From Oikopleura dioica (lineage: Eukaryota; Animalia; Chordata), in the NCBI GenBank assembly GCA_907165135.1, contig OU015568.1, positions 1,116,001 to 1,180,000 on the forward strand: DNA of 64,000 bases, given 5' to 3'. The translations under genes were made by a program, and so were the position numbers. Under the pieces are notes generated by a model. It did not search any database and was not told the origin of the DNA. It saw only the letters and a list, made by a program, of their open reading frames with translations. Below are positions 24,880 to 36,343 of the stretch, piece by piece; position 1 is the stretch's first letter, and each line of letters starts with the position of its first letter.

Positions 24880-27620
24880 ATGGAAGAAAACATTCAAGGC
24901 GACATTGTCCAAAAAGACCCGATCGAGTCGGAAAAATGCTTGACGGCGTCAGACTACAACTGTAAATTAAATTACCTATAGGTTTTATTTATTTCAGTGA
25001 ATTAATAATTAAAAAACATTTAAACGAAAAGACTTTTTTTAAATAAAATGGTCCGTTTAGTTTGTCGAGCCAGATTCTTATTGAAATAATCCCCCTTTTC
25101 TTATTAAAAAATATATTTATTTCTTGTCTTAAATTATTGAACTATATATTTTTAGCTCAGCGGCGGCTTCTGGACTCAGACGTGATCATCACGTCAAAAA
25201 GCTCAAAAGAATCCAAATCGCCCGCGGCGCGTGAAACATGGGGCAAAAGCATCGATTTCATTCTCTCGGTGGCAGGTGGCTTCATCGGACTTGGAAACGT
25301 TTGGCGCTTTCCATATCTTTGCTACAGAAACGGCGGTGGTGCTTTTCTCATTCCCTACTTTATCTTTTTGATCATCGCCGGAATTCCTATTTTCTTTCTT
25401 GAAGTTGGAATCGGCCAGTTTACTTCCGAAGGCGGAATCACTGCTTGGGAGCGTCTTGCGCCGATCACTTCTGGAATCGGCCACGGCTCAATCGCCCTCA
25501 CGATCATTTTGAACATGTACTACGTCATCGTGCTCGCCTGGGCAATCTACTACATGTACTACTCCTTTCAAAGCGAACTGCCGTGGACACAATGCGGCGA
25601 CTGGGCGACCAACTGCTGCCGCGTCGAGGACAAAAATCTGACGGGCGCGTGTGTTCGAGATCCGGCGAAATTTCCGACGGAAAATAATGTCACTTGGAAT
25701 TTGAATTGGACGTCGCCGACTCAAGAATTTTGGGAAAACAAAGTGCTAAAAGTGTCCAACTCGGTGGAAGAGCAAGGCGATTTAAACTGGGGAATGGTGC
25801 TTTGCCTGGCAATTTCCTGGTTCATTTGCTATCTCTGCGTTTGCAAGGGAGTCAAACAGACGGGCAAGGTGGTCTACTTCACTGGCACATTTCCCATTCT
25901 GGCGAGGGTTGAAAATCGATAGCGGCTGTCTTTGTCGGCGCATTCGCCCGATTAACACGTTCCTAAGCTCGTTCATTTGACGTCCCCAATAATTTATTCA
26001 ACTAATTAATCCAATTATTTTTAACCCGGTTAAAAAGATGCTGATTGTGCTGCTTTTCCGGGGCATCACGCTCGAAGGAGCTTGGGACGGAGTGTACTAC
26101 TACTTGAATCCTGACATGGAGCGACTCAAAGATCCAAAAGTGTGGGTAGATGCTGGAACTCAGATTTTCTTTTCATACGCTTTGTGCAAGGGCCAACTCA
26201 CCTCTCTGGGTAAGGAAAAAAGGGAACTCGATATTTTGGAATTTCGCCAATTCGTGTTCTGTTTTCATCGATAATGCTGATCGCTTATTCAGGCTCCTAC
26301 AACAAATTTAACAAAGACATTTACAAGGACGTCTGGATTCTTTCAGCTTTTAACTCAGGTAAGAAAAAAAACTCTTTAATAGTTAGTCTTTCATCAAATA
26401 GGTACTTCCTTCGTCTCCGGCTTTGCGATTTTTGCCATCCTCGGCTTCATGGCTCAAGAACGAGGTCTCCCGATTGCGGAAGTTGCCGAATCCGGACCTG
26501 GCCTCGCCTTCATCGCCTACCCTAGAGCTGTGGCTCTCATGCCTTGGCCACAATTCTGGGCAGTTTGCTTCTTCTTCATGGTTTTGTTGCTTGGCTTGGA
26601 CTCACAATTTGTCGGAATGGAGGCCATCATCACTGCCATTACTGACATGTAAGCCTTTTTCGTAAACAAAAATGATTAAATGACGCCTTTTTTGTCCAGT
26701 TTAGGAAGAGTAAGGACTTCTTTCACATAAATCTAGTTACCCGTCTTACCGAAAAGGCCGAAAGCGACAAATCCTGCTAGTTGGAATCGTCCTGTTCAGC
26801 TTTTGCGTCGGTCTGACAATGTGCTTCCAGGTTTGAGGAAAATCGACTGTATTTTAGTTTATTTTTCATGTAGAACGGAATCTACGTCTTCACCCTATTT
26901 GATTACTACGGCGCCTCTGGAATCTGTCTTTTGTGGCTCTGCTTTTCGCAGTGTATCGCCATCGGATGGATTTACGGAGGAGAGAAGTTTTGGCAAATGA
27001 CCACCAAGATGATCGGCTACCGCCCCTTTCCGCTTTTCAAATGGTGCTGGATGTTCTTTAGTCCCACCCTTATCATCGGTCTCCTGTACATGCTTCTGGC
27101 CAATTTCAAGCCACTTACAGTAAGATCTCTTCTGAGCGCAGTTTTACAAGGCAATATTTTCAGTATCGCAACACGCGCCAGGATTACTCTTATCCTTTCT
27201 GGTTCGAGTCGATTGGGTAGGCCAATTAGACGATTTTAATCAGAAAATTAACCTTTCTTTCAGATTTTGCCTAGCCGCATGTTCTGCGCTGCCTGTTCTG
27301 GTCTATGCGCTAATGAGGTTTTTCCTCGTTGTTTTCAGAGGAACTGGAACTTTCAAAGAGGTAGGCGAATTGAAAAGGAAAAAGTTTAAAGAAGCTCTAG
27401 AATCTTTCGCTTCTGACGAAATCCAACTTGAAAGATGACCATCCTTGCAAATCGATCGAAAACGCGGCTCCAGAAGAAATTCCATTTTTCAATTATTGGC
27501 TTGGCGACTGGCTCGGAAACAAACTCAAATCGCGGTAAAAAGGGTCTTCATGTAAGGAAAAATGAATCCTGTTTAGATACGATTTACAAAGAGTTCCAGT
27601 CTCAGACGAGCCAGAAGTGA
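24880..27620 (+). CDS. SLC6A6: SLC6 Na/Cl-dependent transporter, taurine/GABA subfamily (SLC6A6-like)
   Basis: [77 protein letters not shown]. One intron has a GC donor (25902). Confidence 0.9.
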
Positions 27621-29760
27621 TAAGATACGGAAAGAACAACAGTGAATGCTAGAATTTTAAAATTATTTTTTATTGTCCTGCCAAGTGTAAACTAAAGTTG
27701 TAAATACTATTTCAACTCTTATTTTTGTAAATCTGCTATTCTCTGGTCATCAATTCTTGGATATTGTCCTATTCGAATTCGATGACTTTTTCCGTTTTCC
27801 ATTTTTTGGCCGTCTATAATTTATCGAAAATAAAAATTTTAAAAAGATTTGTGCAACGCTTTAATTTTTCTTCACGAGAAGTTCATTTATTTCATTCAAT
27901 TGCATCTAAAATCTCATCAACTGTCACAATACTATTTATATTATTACTGACATTGAAAGCCTTACAGAGGCTTCAGCTCACACCCAATCGGAGAGCCCCA
28001 GGGGAGCTCAGCAGAAACAGAACAGAGCAGTTTTTTTATTCAAAATGCTAGAGAAAGAACAAATTCAACAATGGCTTGATGATTTGATACCAAAGCTCAA
28101 AAGAAAAACGACAAGAAGTCAAAGATGCAGGCTGATTAGGTCGGTCGAGCGACAAGTTTTCAAGAAAAATGACTTTATTGATTGTACGTGGGTTTGCTTT
28201 CAATTCAAAAGAAACCAGCGTGGCGTTCTCACTGGCTTTGTGTTCGACCAAGAATGTCAAGGAAAAAAGAAACCTCTTACTTCTTGGCCGGCGACCGCTT
28301 TTCAAAATCACCTTATAGAACGAAACAAGTTTCTGCTCGGAAAATTAATCTTCAAAGACCAAGTTCGCGAAGAAACAGCATCTTGGATTTCTCATGGTTC
28401 CAACTTCCTTGACGAGTCTGGTGGAGAAGCTCTCGTTTGCAAAGAAAACACTGCCTTCAACGCGCTTTATCGAATTCAATGTTTTGATCCGGCTCTTTTT
28501 ACAGACAAATTCCGAGATAAAATGCTTTTCCGAATCAATCTTGCTTCTGATTTCAAAAAAGCATCAAATGCGAAAAACAGACAGGAAAATTCAATCCCGG
28601 TTCATAAAAATGTATTGAAAAATATTGCCAACATCGAGATCTTCCATCAATCCGATGAGCAATTGGTCGACTGTCTCGGCTGGATTACAATCATGGAAGA
28701 AGGAAATCAGAACTTGCGATATCTTCTTCGAAGAAATAAGCTGACCATTGAAGAAAGAAGAGGGCTGGCAATTCAATTGCGCGATGGATTGAGTTATCTC
28801 TTCGAAATTGGACTTGAGCACAATGATCAGAAGCTCGAAAATATTGTCCTTTTCGGACCAGAGAAGACTCCAAAGTGGATTGATTTTGGTGTCATGCATG
28901 ACCATACTGGCAGAGAGAGTTACCGGCAAATGGGTTACGTAAGAAGGGGAAGCAAGTTTCGGAATTATCAATCTCTAGCAAGTGGAACTCCTACGTACGA
29001 ATCAAGTTCTTGGCGGGCCGCTGAAAAGTAAAAAGTACACTGTGACAATCGGTAAACGATTGTTCTTCTTTCTCTTTTGTGACTGGAAAACTGCATGGAC
29101 TCTTTTATTCAAGCCGATGGATAGAGATGAGAGAACCAGGGTAACCTCTCTTCTAGAGCATTTCAACGCCTCATTCTTAACCACAAGTCGACAGTACTAT
29201 ACTTGGGATGTCACAGACGATGATTTTAATTCCGTCGTTGAAATCATCTCCCTTCCCCACTCATCGAATAAGTTCGTTTTGGACAGCAAGGTGACAAAAT
29301 CAGTGCAAGTTTCCGAGCTGTGCCAGAGGCTCAAAAGAAACCTTCATCTCGACTTTAGAAATATCACTAAAAATGTTGTTGATCAGAAAGACTCAGATTT
29401 ATGCGTTCCAGTTTCGCTTACCACTCTTATTCGATCAGCAATCAGAGAACGCTGTGGCTTATCAAATGTTCGGATCGTCGAAAAAGTCATGGATGCTTTT
29501 AGTGTCGAGCGAATTCTGTATTTTTTGACGATTAGAATTTATCCTCGAAGTTTGGCTGGAATAAACTTGAATCCAAATCGTCCTGAAATGGAGTGGCAAG
29601 CATTTAATAGTTTCGAAGATATCTTGGAGCGTATGATGAAGCCAACGTTTGCATACGAGCCTGGGTGGAACTGGATCCGAAGAGTTGTTATCCGAGACTT
29701 TTTGAATGCTCCGGATAAAATGAAAAATTTCTTGAAGAATGATGATTGAAATTTATTTTT

Positions 29761-29797
29761 GGGACGCGTTTCGGTCTCAGTGGACCTTCGTCAGCCC
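29761..29797 (-). ncRNA. Minimal type I hammerhead ribozyme (3' pLTR copy)
   Basis: Reverse complement reads GGG-CTGACGA-A-GGTC-CACTGA-GACC-GAAA-CGCG-TC-CC, with all core residues present. Confidence 0.85.
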
Positions 29798-30684
29798 TAA
29801 GTACAGATTTTAAATGAAAGTTCAAAAACAGGAAAATCAGTCTCTCACCTAGAGTGGACAATTTCGAATGAAGGCAGAGATTGAAAACATAAAAACATAC
29901 TTCGCTTTCGCGGGCAGATGTAATGGAGCGCCAGAAGAAAGCGAATTACAAATGCTCCATTACAGAAATTTAACTTCAGCGAATTTGATCTGCTTATTCA
30001 AGCAAGGATCATTTAACTTGATCGAAAACGCTTCACAAAGGACACGGTCTTTGTAGTACGGTTGGTTGGAGATAACAGAAATAAAGTTCTTTTCGAAACA
30101 GAATTTGGTTTTGATTAACGCTCTCGATGTAGTAGGCTTGTATTTTGGAGTGTCTGGCTCACTAAGATATTTATCATATTCCTCTCTGAATTTTGGACAC
30201 TTCAAAGAGTGGAAAAACATAGGACTACGATAACGTGGCTCAAAATGTTCACGAATTCTAGTTCCAAGCTGTCTTTTTGTCTCCCCCTGGTAATCCGTTT
30301 TCCCACATGGACATTGGAAATGGTACACCACTCCACTTTTCTGCTCAATTGGTACCGGGCGCTTCCAGGTTGGGTGCAAACATTGTTCTATTCTCACTGT
30401 TTTCCAACAAAGTCTCAGAAAGAACTTCGGGGTAACTTTTTTAAGAATAGCACGCATTTTGCCGCCAATACTGTCGCACCGGGGACCAGTAAAGCTTGCG
30501 CAAAAATTGTGAACTATTTCCCCTTCCACTTTGTAATTCGCTTTCTTCTGGCGCTCCATTACATCTGCCCGCGAAAGCGAAGTATGTTTTTATGTTTTCA
30601 ATCTCTGCCTTCATTCGAAATTGTCCACTCTAGGTGAGAGACTGATTTTCCTGTTTTTGAACTTTCATTTAAAATCTGTACTTA

Positions 30685-30721
30685 GGGCTGACGAAGGTCC
30701 ACTGAGACCGAAACGCGTCCC
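30685..30721 (+). ncRNA. Minimal type I hammerhead ribozyme (inverted pLTR copy, sense to the host gene)
   Basis: CTGACGA 30688-30694, stem II GGTC/GACC, GAAA 30710-30713, palindromic stem III ACGCGT, GUC cleavage triplet ending at 30719. Confidence 0.85.
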
Positions 30722-31474
30722 AAAAATAAATTTCAATCATCATTCATGAGAGGTCAACACCGACAATCTTTCTTGAAGAAGTTCAAATTTCGCTACGAAA
30801 AAATACTTCTAGGCAGAAACTTCGTATTCCAGCGCCCGTTGTCTGTGACTGGAGCCATTTTTTCTCGGGGTGAAGTTTACCGTCATCAAATGGTGATGGA
30901 CAGAGTGGAAAACGGCGAATACATTCTTCAAAATACACAGGAAGACAAGAAAAATCCTCGTTTGCTGCGGATCTCTCAGAGTCGAAAATATTTTCGGGTT
31001 GTAAATGGTTACTTAGAGTTTGTCAAGAATCCCTGTGAAAGAACTGATCAAACCTGGGAGGAAGATACTTGGTACCTCGGATTAGAAGCATATTCTGTTG
31101 AAATTAATTTTTAGTTACAGACTGTGACTAGAAATTAAGTTAAATAAATCATTTGAGCACTTCCTTTAACCAAGGCTGTTTCTTATTTTTTTTAATTTCG
31201 ATTATGCAAAAGCAAGAAATGCAATAGCGAAGACCAATCGGCTGCCAATAAAATTATGGTTGCATATGATCTGAAAGAAGCATATATCCTTATTGATCCT
31301 TTCTTCTTATTAGTTCAAATAAAATCTAAACGGAAATTGGTTCATGAATTTTAGTGGATTCACATTATTGCCTAGTAAATGTTTATTTATTTGTGTCAAA
31401 ATATATTTGACGCATCAATATTTGCGACCAAATACGGTGCTTTTTTACCTCCTTGAAATTTCAGTTCCTCCAAA

Positions 31475-32105
31475 ATGCGAGTTTTCTTACCTTTTTTCTT
31501 GTCTCTCTGCTCCGCAAGAATTTTGATCGCGGTAGAAATGTGTCTCTGCCGATACAAATGGGCGAAGTCGGAAATTTTCATCAGAGAGCTCTATGCAAAA
31601 TTTCAAGAAAGAGGAGTGAAACCTGACGTGATTCAATTCGCGGAAGAGGTGATTTTGCCGGCGGAAGTTTTGGAAAATGGCGACTTGTTGCTTGAACCGC
31701 CGATGAGTTTTGCTGGTCTGGCGTCGGATATTCGACCAGTAAGATTGCGCCCTATGATCTTTCTGTAAAGATAAATTCTAGTTTTTGGAAGAAACGGCTG
31801 ACTACGATGCTACAATATTGCTCCACGATGCTGTAACATCCGTTTCTGTCGATGATTACATCCGAGCAGTTGACTTGATCGGCGAGGAAGCTACAATTTA
31901 CCCAGTTGCGATCGGAGAACTCAGTCGGCCACGGACATCGTACTCCCCAAATGTTGAGAAATTGAGCATCCTTGCTGATACTCAACTCTCCGAGGCAAAA
32001 GTCTTCGGTAAGCGAGATTAATAATAATGCTTGCGACTTATATTATTTTAAGATTTGAATAGATACGGCGAGGCAGACAAACTGATCGAGATTATTCTGC
32101 AATAA
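31475..32105 (+). CDS. Small secreted protein with a divergent von Willebrand A-like domain
   Basis: Signal peptide MRVFLPFFLSLCSA. VWA-like strands ILIAVE, DVIQFA, TILLHDA, IYPVAIG. Two short introns. Confidence 0.55.
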
Positions 32106-32193
32106 ACAAAGGAAAACACTATTTTCACCTTGAAAATCAAAAGAGAGAATATATTTTTTTCAATCAGAAAAAGAGTTTTTTATATTCGGAATT

Positions 32194-33600
32194 TTACTTT
32201 GGACAGTTTTTGCCGTTGTTGCCTTCGTTGGTGTTGTTGCAGTTTTTGTCATTGTTACCATTGTTACCGTTGTTGCCATTGTTAGGTCCGTCGACGCAGT
32301 TCACATTTTCGGGCCAATCGCAGACAAGGAGTTCAGTGTTGAATTGGAGGCCACTTGGGCAGTTCATGGTCCATTCAATGCCATTGGCGCAGGAGAGGTA
32401 CTTGTCACACTTGGTAGGGTGGGGATGGAGGCCATCAGCGCAACCTTCAGCAGGTTCTTCCTCTGGCTTTTCGGTTGTGGTGGTGGTTGGTTCTTGAGTG
32501 GTCGTAGTTGGCTCACCGCAGTTGACATTATTCGGCCAGTCGCAAACCAAAAGTTCAGGGTTGAAGTGGAGTCCAGCAGGGCAATCCATGATCCACTCGT
32601 TGCCATTGGCACATGAGAGGAATTTGTTGCACTCGGTGGGATGGGGATGAAGACCATCGGCACATCCAGCTGGTTCTTCAGTCGTAGTCGTTGTTGGCTC
32701 TGGAGTCGTTGTTGTCGTGGTGGTAGTGGTTGTAGTAGTTGTTGTTGTAGTAGTAGTTGTGGTGGTGGTTGTGGTGGTTGGTTTTTGAGTGGTAGTGGTT
32801 GGCTCAGGGGTGGTTGTTGTCGTGGTAGTTGTTGTTGGTTCTTCAGTTGAAGTCTGAAGAAGGCATTCCGCATTGCAGCTGAAATCAAACCAGCCGCATT
32901 CAGCAAGACACTTTTCAAGATCAAATTCTGGAAGCTCAATCTCCGGGAAGGTCAGTTCTCGAGTCGTAGTTGTGGTAGTGGTTGTGGTGGTCGTTGTTGT
33001 TGGGATCCACTCGAGACATTCGGCAACGCATTTGAGGTCGTCGCAAGTTTTAAGACACTCGTACTTGGGGAATTGGACGTGGCACTTGACGGTGTTTGGG
33101 AAGGCGCACATGCTCTAGAAATGCGTTATAAGAGTCAAAGGGGTAAGTTTATTACTGTTTCAGGGTTGAAAAGGAGGCTTCCGGGGCAAGTCAAGTCGGG
33201 AAGGCGCTTTCCGTTAATGCAGGTGTAGAACTGGTTGCAGTTCTCTTCGTGGGGGTAGATTCCATCTTCACATGGCTAAAAAGACCATAAGTTTTATTTC
33301 AACCAAAGATGTTGGGCAAAAAATGGCCTTTCTTAGCTGGTTAAACACATAAATCTCTAGAGTAGAAGTTATTTAATTCGAAGAATATTTTACCTTCCAA
33401 TTTCGATACAAGCACTTTCCACAATCAACCAAGTTCTCCCGGAAATCTCCGTCGAGGCAAATGTCCTTGCAAGGAAAGATCAGTCCATTAGGCAACTCAA
33501 CACCTGGAAACTCAATGATTCCAACAATGTCCTCAATGTTCAAATCTCTTGGCGCTCTTCCCGCCTGGGAAAGGCCGATAAAACCGAGTGCCAGTTTCAT
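32194..33600 (-). CDS. Peritrophin-like protein with three CBM14 chitin-binding domains and Thr-rich mucin linkers
   Basis: CADGLHPHPTECNKFLSC...CPAGLHFNPELLVCDWP twice, plus a third copy at ~33110-33270. Signal peptide MKLALGFIGLSQA. Confidence 0.9.
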
Positions 33601-33952
33601 TTGTCGTGGTTTTTTGATATTTTGAAATTTTGAAGACCTGCGGTTGAATTTTATACAGTCTTTTTGCGTCAGAAGAGCAAACGTTTTAAAATGTTAGCAC
33701 TATTTGACCTGCTGAGATTTTGTGATCGCAACGAGAATGTGAGCTTCCGTATTTTTTTTTGACGCAAAAGAAGATCGCGTGATTTTTTTTCCAGAACAGT
33801 ACAAATGAACAGACATTTGCAAAATTATGAATGTGAAAAATATTTTTTTCCATTTGAATGTTTTTCGTTACATGGATGTTTCAGTGATCGTAAAAACTAA
33901 CAAAAAGTTGATTGAAATTTTCTTAATTTTCAATTAAAGAATCTTTCAGAAT

Positions 33953-34552
33953 TCAGCTACCTGATGCTTTTCGATTATTATGATCCACTTCCGGCGAGCC
34001 AATTCTCGTCGGAAACTTCACCGCTTCTTCGAATTCTAGCGCTTTTCTTCTGAAAAGGTCATCCTTCAACTTGCGAAAGAGCGTCCACTTCTTGAGTCTA
34101 TTTTTCTGGTCGAGGTGCTTTTGGAACTCGCGGATCAAATAGACGGCGTACAGTAAAAGGGGAAGAATAAGCGAGAAGAAAATCATGTCTGTTGCGTTTC
34201 GCGTGCCATGAAGATGGTCTAAAATTTTATTGAGTAAATTTAATGTCGGTGGAGACAAGGAGGTGTAAAAAATAAAATCATAAGATCATGAGAGATTCCA
34301 CTCATGAATCACCATAATAAAAAGATATGTTAAAAATTCGGTGGAGTAGAATAAATTAAAAAGAAGAATCTTACCGACTTTTACAATTTTGTATGTTTCG
34401 TTAACGAAGTAAATTTTATCAAGTATTTTTTCTAAAAATATTTTTATAACTTGAGGTCGTGCTATGACCCTTTTAGACAAACTTTTTAGTCTGAAAAAGA
34501 ATGAGGCCATCTTACCACTTTGTCTCTGTATAGCTTTATCATCATTTTCCAT
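33953..34552 (-). CDS. Small single-TM protein of unknown function (2 exons)
   Basis: Exon ending ...YKIVKV g|GTAAG joins in frame to AG|ac HLHGTRNATDMIFFSLILPLLLYAVYLI (TM). Confidence 0.45.
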
Positions 34553-35833
34553 TCAAAAAACCCTTCTATTTTCTGATCCCGAGAAGAAAAAGTGATCCCA
34601 GGCTGCTGAACTTACTACTCTTTATTTGAGTGGCCTCCTCCTTCGCGTTGCCCTCCTCCTCCCTTGTCAAAAGTAAAACGCTTTTCATGTTTCGGAATTT
34701 GTCATTTCGCTCAATTATTCAATTCGCAAGTTTATCCCCTTTCTCTTTTTATCTTTTTTCGCTTCAATTTCACTTGTCAGGAAAAAGGGGAAGATATGTG
34801 GGGCAAGAAATGAGGGAAGAATATCTGGAGCAAAGTCTGTAATTAGCACCTTGATTAGCCAGCGTGATAAAGAATCGATCTTAAATTGAAAAGATGATTT
34901 ATATCAAAGACGATTTTTTTCTTTCAGAAAATGGGTTTTTATTAGTCGAAATAATGACTTTCTGACACAAGAAGCTTCAAATCATTTTGGTCTTCTGATT
35001 CTGATGCTGCTTCAAAGAACAGGTGGTTTTCAGTCCGTTTCATTTTCGTCCAGTTGAAAGGATTCAGGGCTCTTAAGACGATTTTGAAGTAGGATTGATG
35101 AGCCAAAATGCCTAAAATAAAAATTTGTTGAGATAAAATTCCAAAGATATAAATTTTATCTTAAAATATGGTACCTTGAAGGAATAAAAGTGCAAAAGAA
35201 ATATTCATTGTCGGTTTTCAGTACGTTCGTTCTGGATCTTTTCGTTTTTATACATTCATATCTATCAAAAATATATGATTTACCAAATGGTTAATGATGA
35301 TGAGCGTCAAATTTATTGGTGGGTCACCAAATCATCCATTATCTTCCAGGAAAATCGCAGAAAATAGCCTATTTTTTAATAACTAAAAAGAAAACTTTTT
35401 ACTAAAATTTTTTCGAGAGCTTTATTTCTTTATCTCCAATAGACAGGTTTAATTAAGAACGTTGCAAAAAGGTTTATCGTTTTCTGCGGGAAAAGGCTCG
35501 TCTAATGCAACTTGTCCTTCTCCGGATGATTAGATGTTTTTACCTGCCGTTATCGGGAAGACTCGGGAAGCGTCACTTTTTTATCAGTAAGTAGGGTTTA
35601 ATCCGCTTTAAAAGATTGCAATTGTGGAATCGTTCGTAAGAGTGTCTTTTTGACTTTATTTGAACTCGAATGCTTCATGGGTTAGCTGCTTGCGGAAAGA
35701 AAATAAAAACAATCAGACAATCTTATTAATTTAATGGCTATAACTTTTACCTAGGTTCTACGCGGAAAATTGCGTGATGCCTATATTTATAGGCTCTAAA
35801 TAAGGTGACCCTCAGAGAAATATCTAACCTTAA

Positions 35834-35917
35834 GGGTGTCAACAACGATCTTGAACAACCCAATTTAAGGTACGTCTACCGGGGTCAAAAGATGGCTGAA
35901 AATCGTTGTTGACACCC
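35834..35917. mobile_element. 84-bp mini-MITE
   Basis: 16-bp TIR GGGTGTCAACAACGAT / ATCGTTGTTGACACCC, TTAA on both sides. Confidence 0.8.
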
Positions 35918-36343
35918 TTAATTGAATTAAATTTATTTCTCAACGTATTTTGAACCTTGAGTGATTTTTACGCTAAATTTTTGAAATCGGCGTAACATCC
36001 AGAGCTTTGAGAAGAAAATGAAAAAAAAACAACCGTTGAGGTACTATAAAAACGGTTACAAAATAAAATTTCTTTAGGATAACTTCGTTCGTTTATCACC
36101 TCACTCGTTGGATAAACCATAACAGAAATGATTTCTAAAACCAACATTGCGAAAAAACCTGAAAGGCGATCTACTCGATCCCATCTAGTATTAAATTAGA
36201 TAACGCTATAATTCGCGATTAGGTGCTCCCGCGGCGCCCCCACGCAGCGCTTATCAGTTCCTATAAAAGCCCAGCGCCATTCTCTTCAAAATCATCTTTT
36301 TTACTTTTTTATAACTTGTTTCATATACTTGTAAGAAAGAAAT

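Larger units (their letters stand above)
29740..30768 (-). mobile_element. 5'-truncated Penelope-like retroelement with GIY-YIG endonuclease remnant and inverted pseudo-LTRs
   Basis: ORF 29960-30559 has KSGVVYHFQCPCG..YQGETKRQLGTRIREH. ~213-bp inverted repeats 29740-29952 / 30530-30742. 12-bp TSD TTTCTTGAAGAA (29728-29739, 30769-30780). Confidence 0.9.
28045..31114 (+). pseudogene. Protein-kinase-fold + papain-like domain fusion gene, interrupted by a Penelope-type insertion
   Basis: Kinase motifs SGGEALV, HNDQKLEN, WIDFG, GTP. Second part DQKDSDLCVPVS...HQMVMD..NGEYILQNT. Removing the insertion and one TSD joins 28982-29739 to 30781-31114 in frame. The junction near 29000 needs a 34-nt intron (28995-29028) or a frameshift. 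Confidence 0.7.

Noticed and set aside
30530-30559. ATG start of the GIY-YIG ORF as a real initiation site
   Set aside because: It lies within the inverted pLTR copy. The element is 5'-truncated and lacks RT.
34630-35750. Possible minus-strand exons between the small TM gene and the protease
   Set aside because: Individual segments look open but could not be joined in frame.
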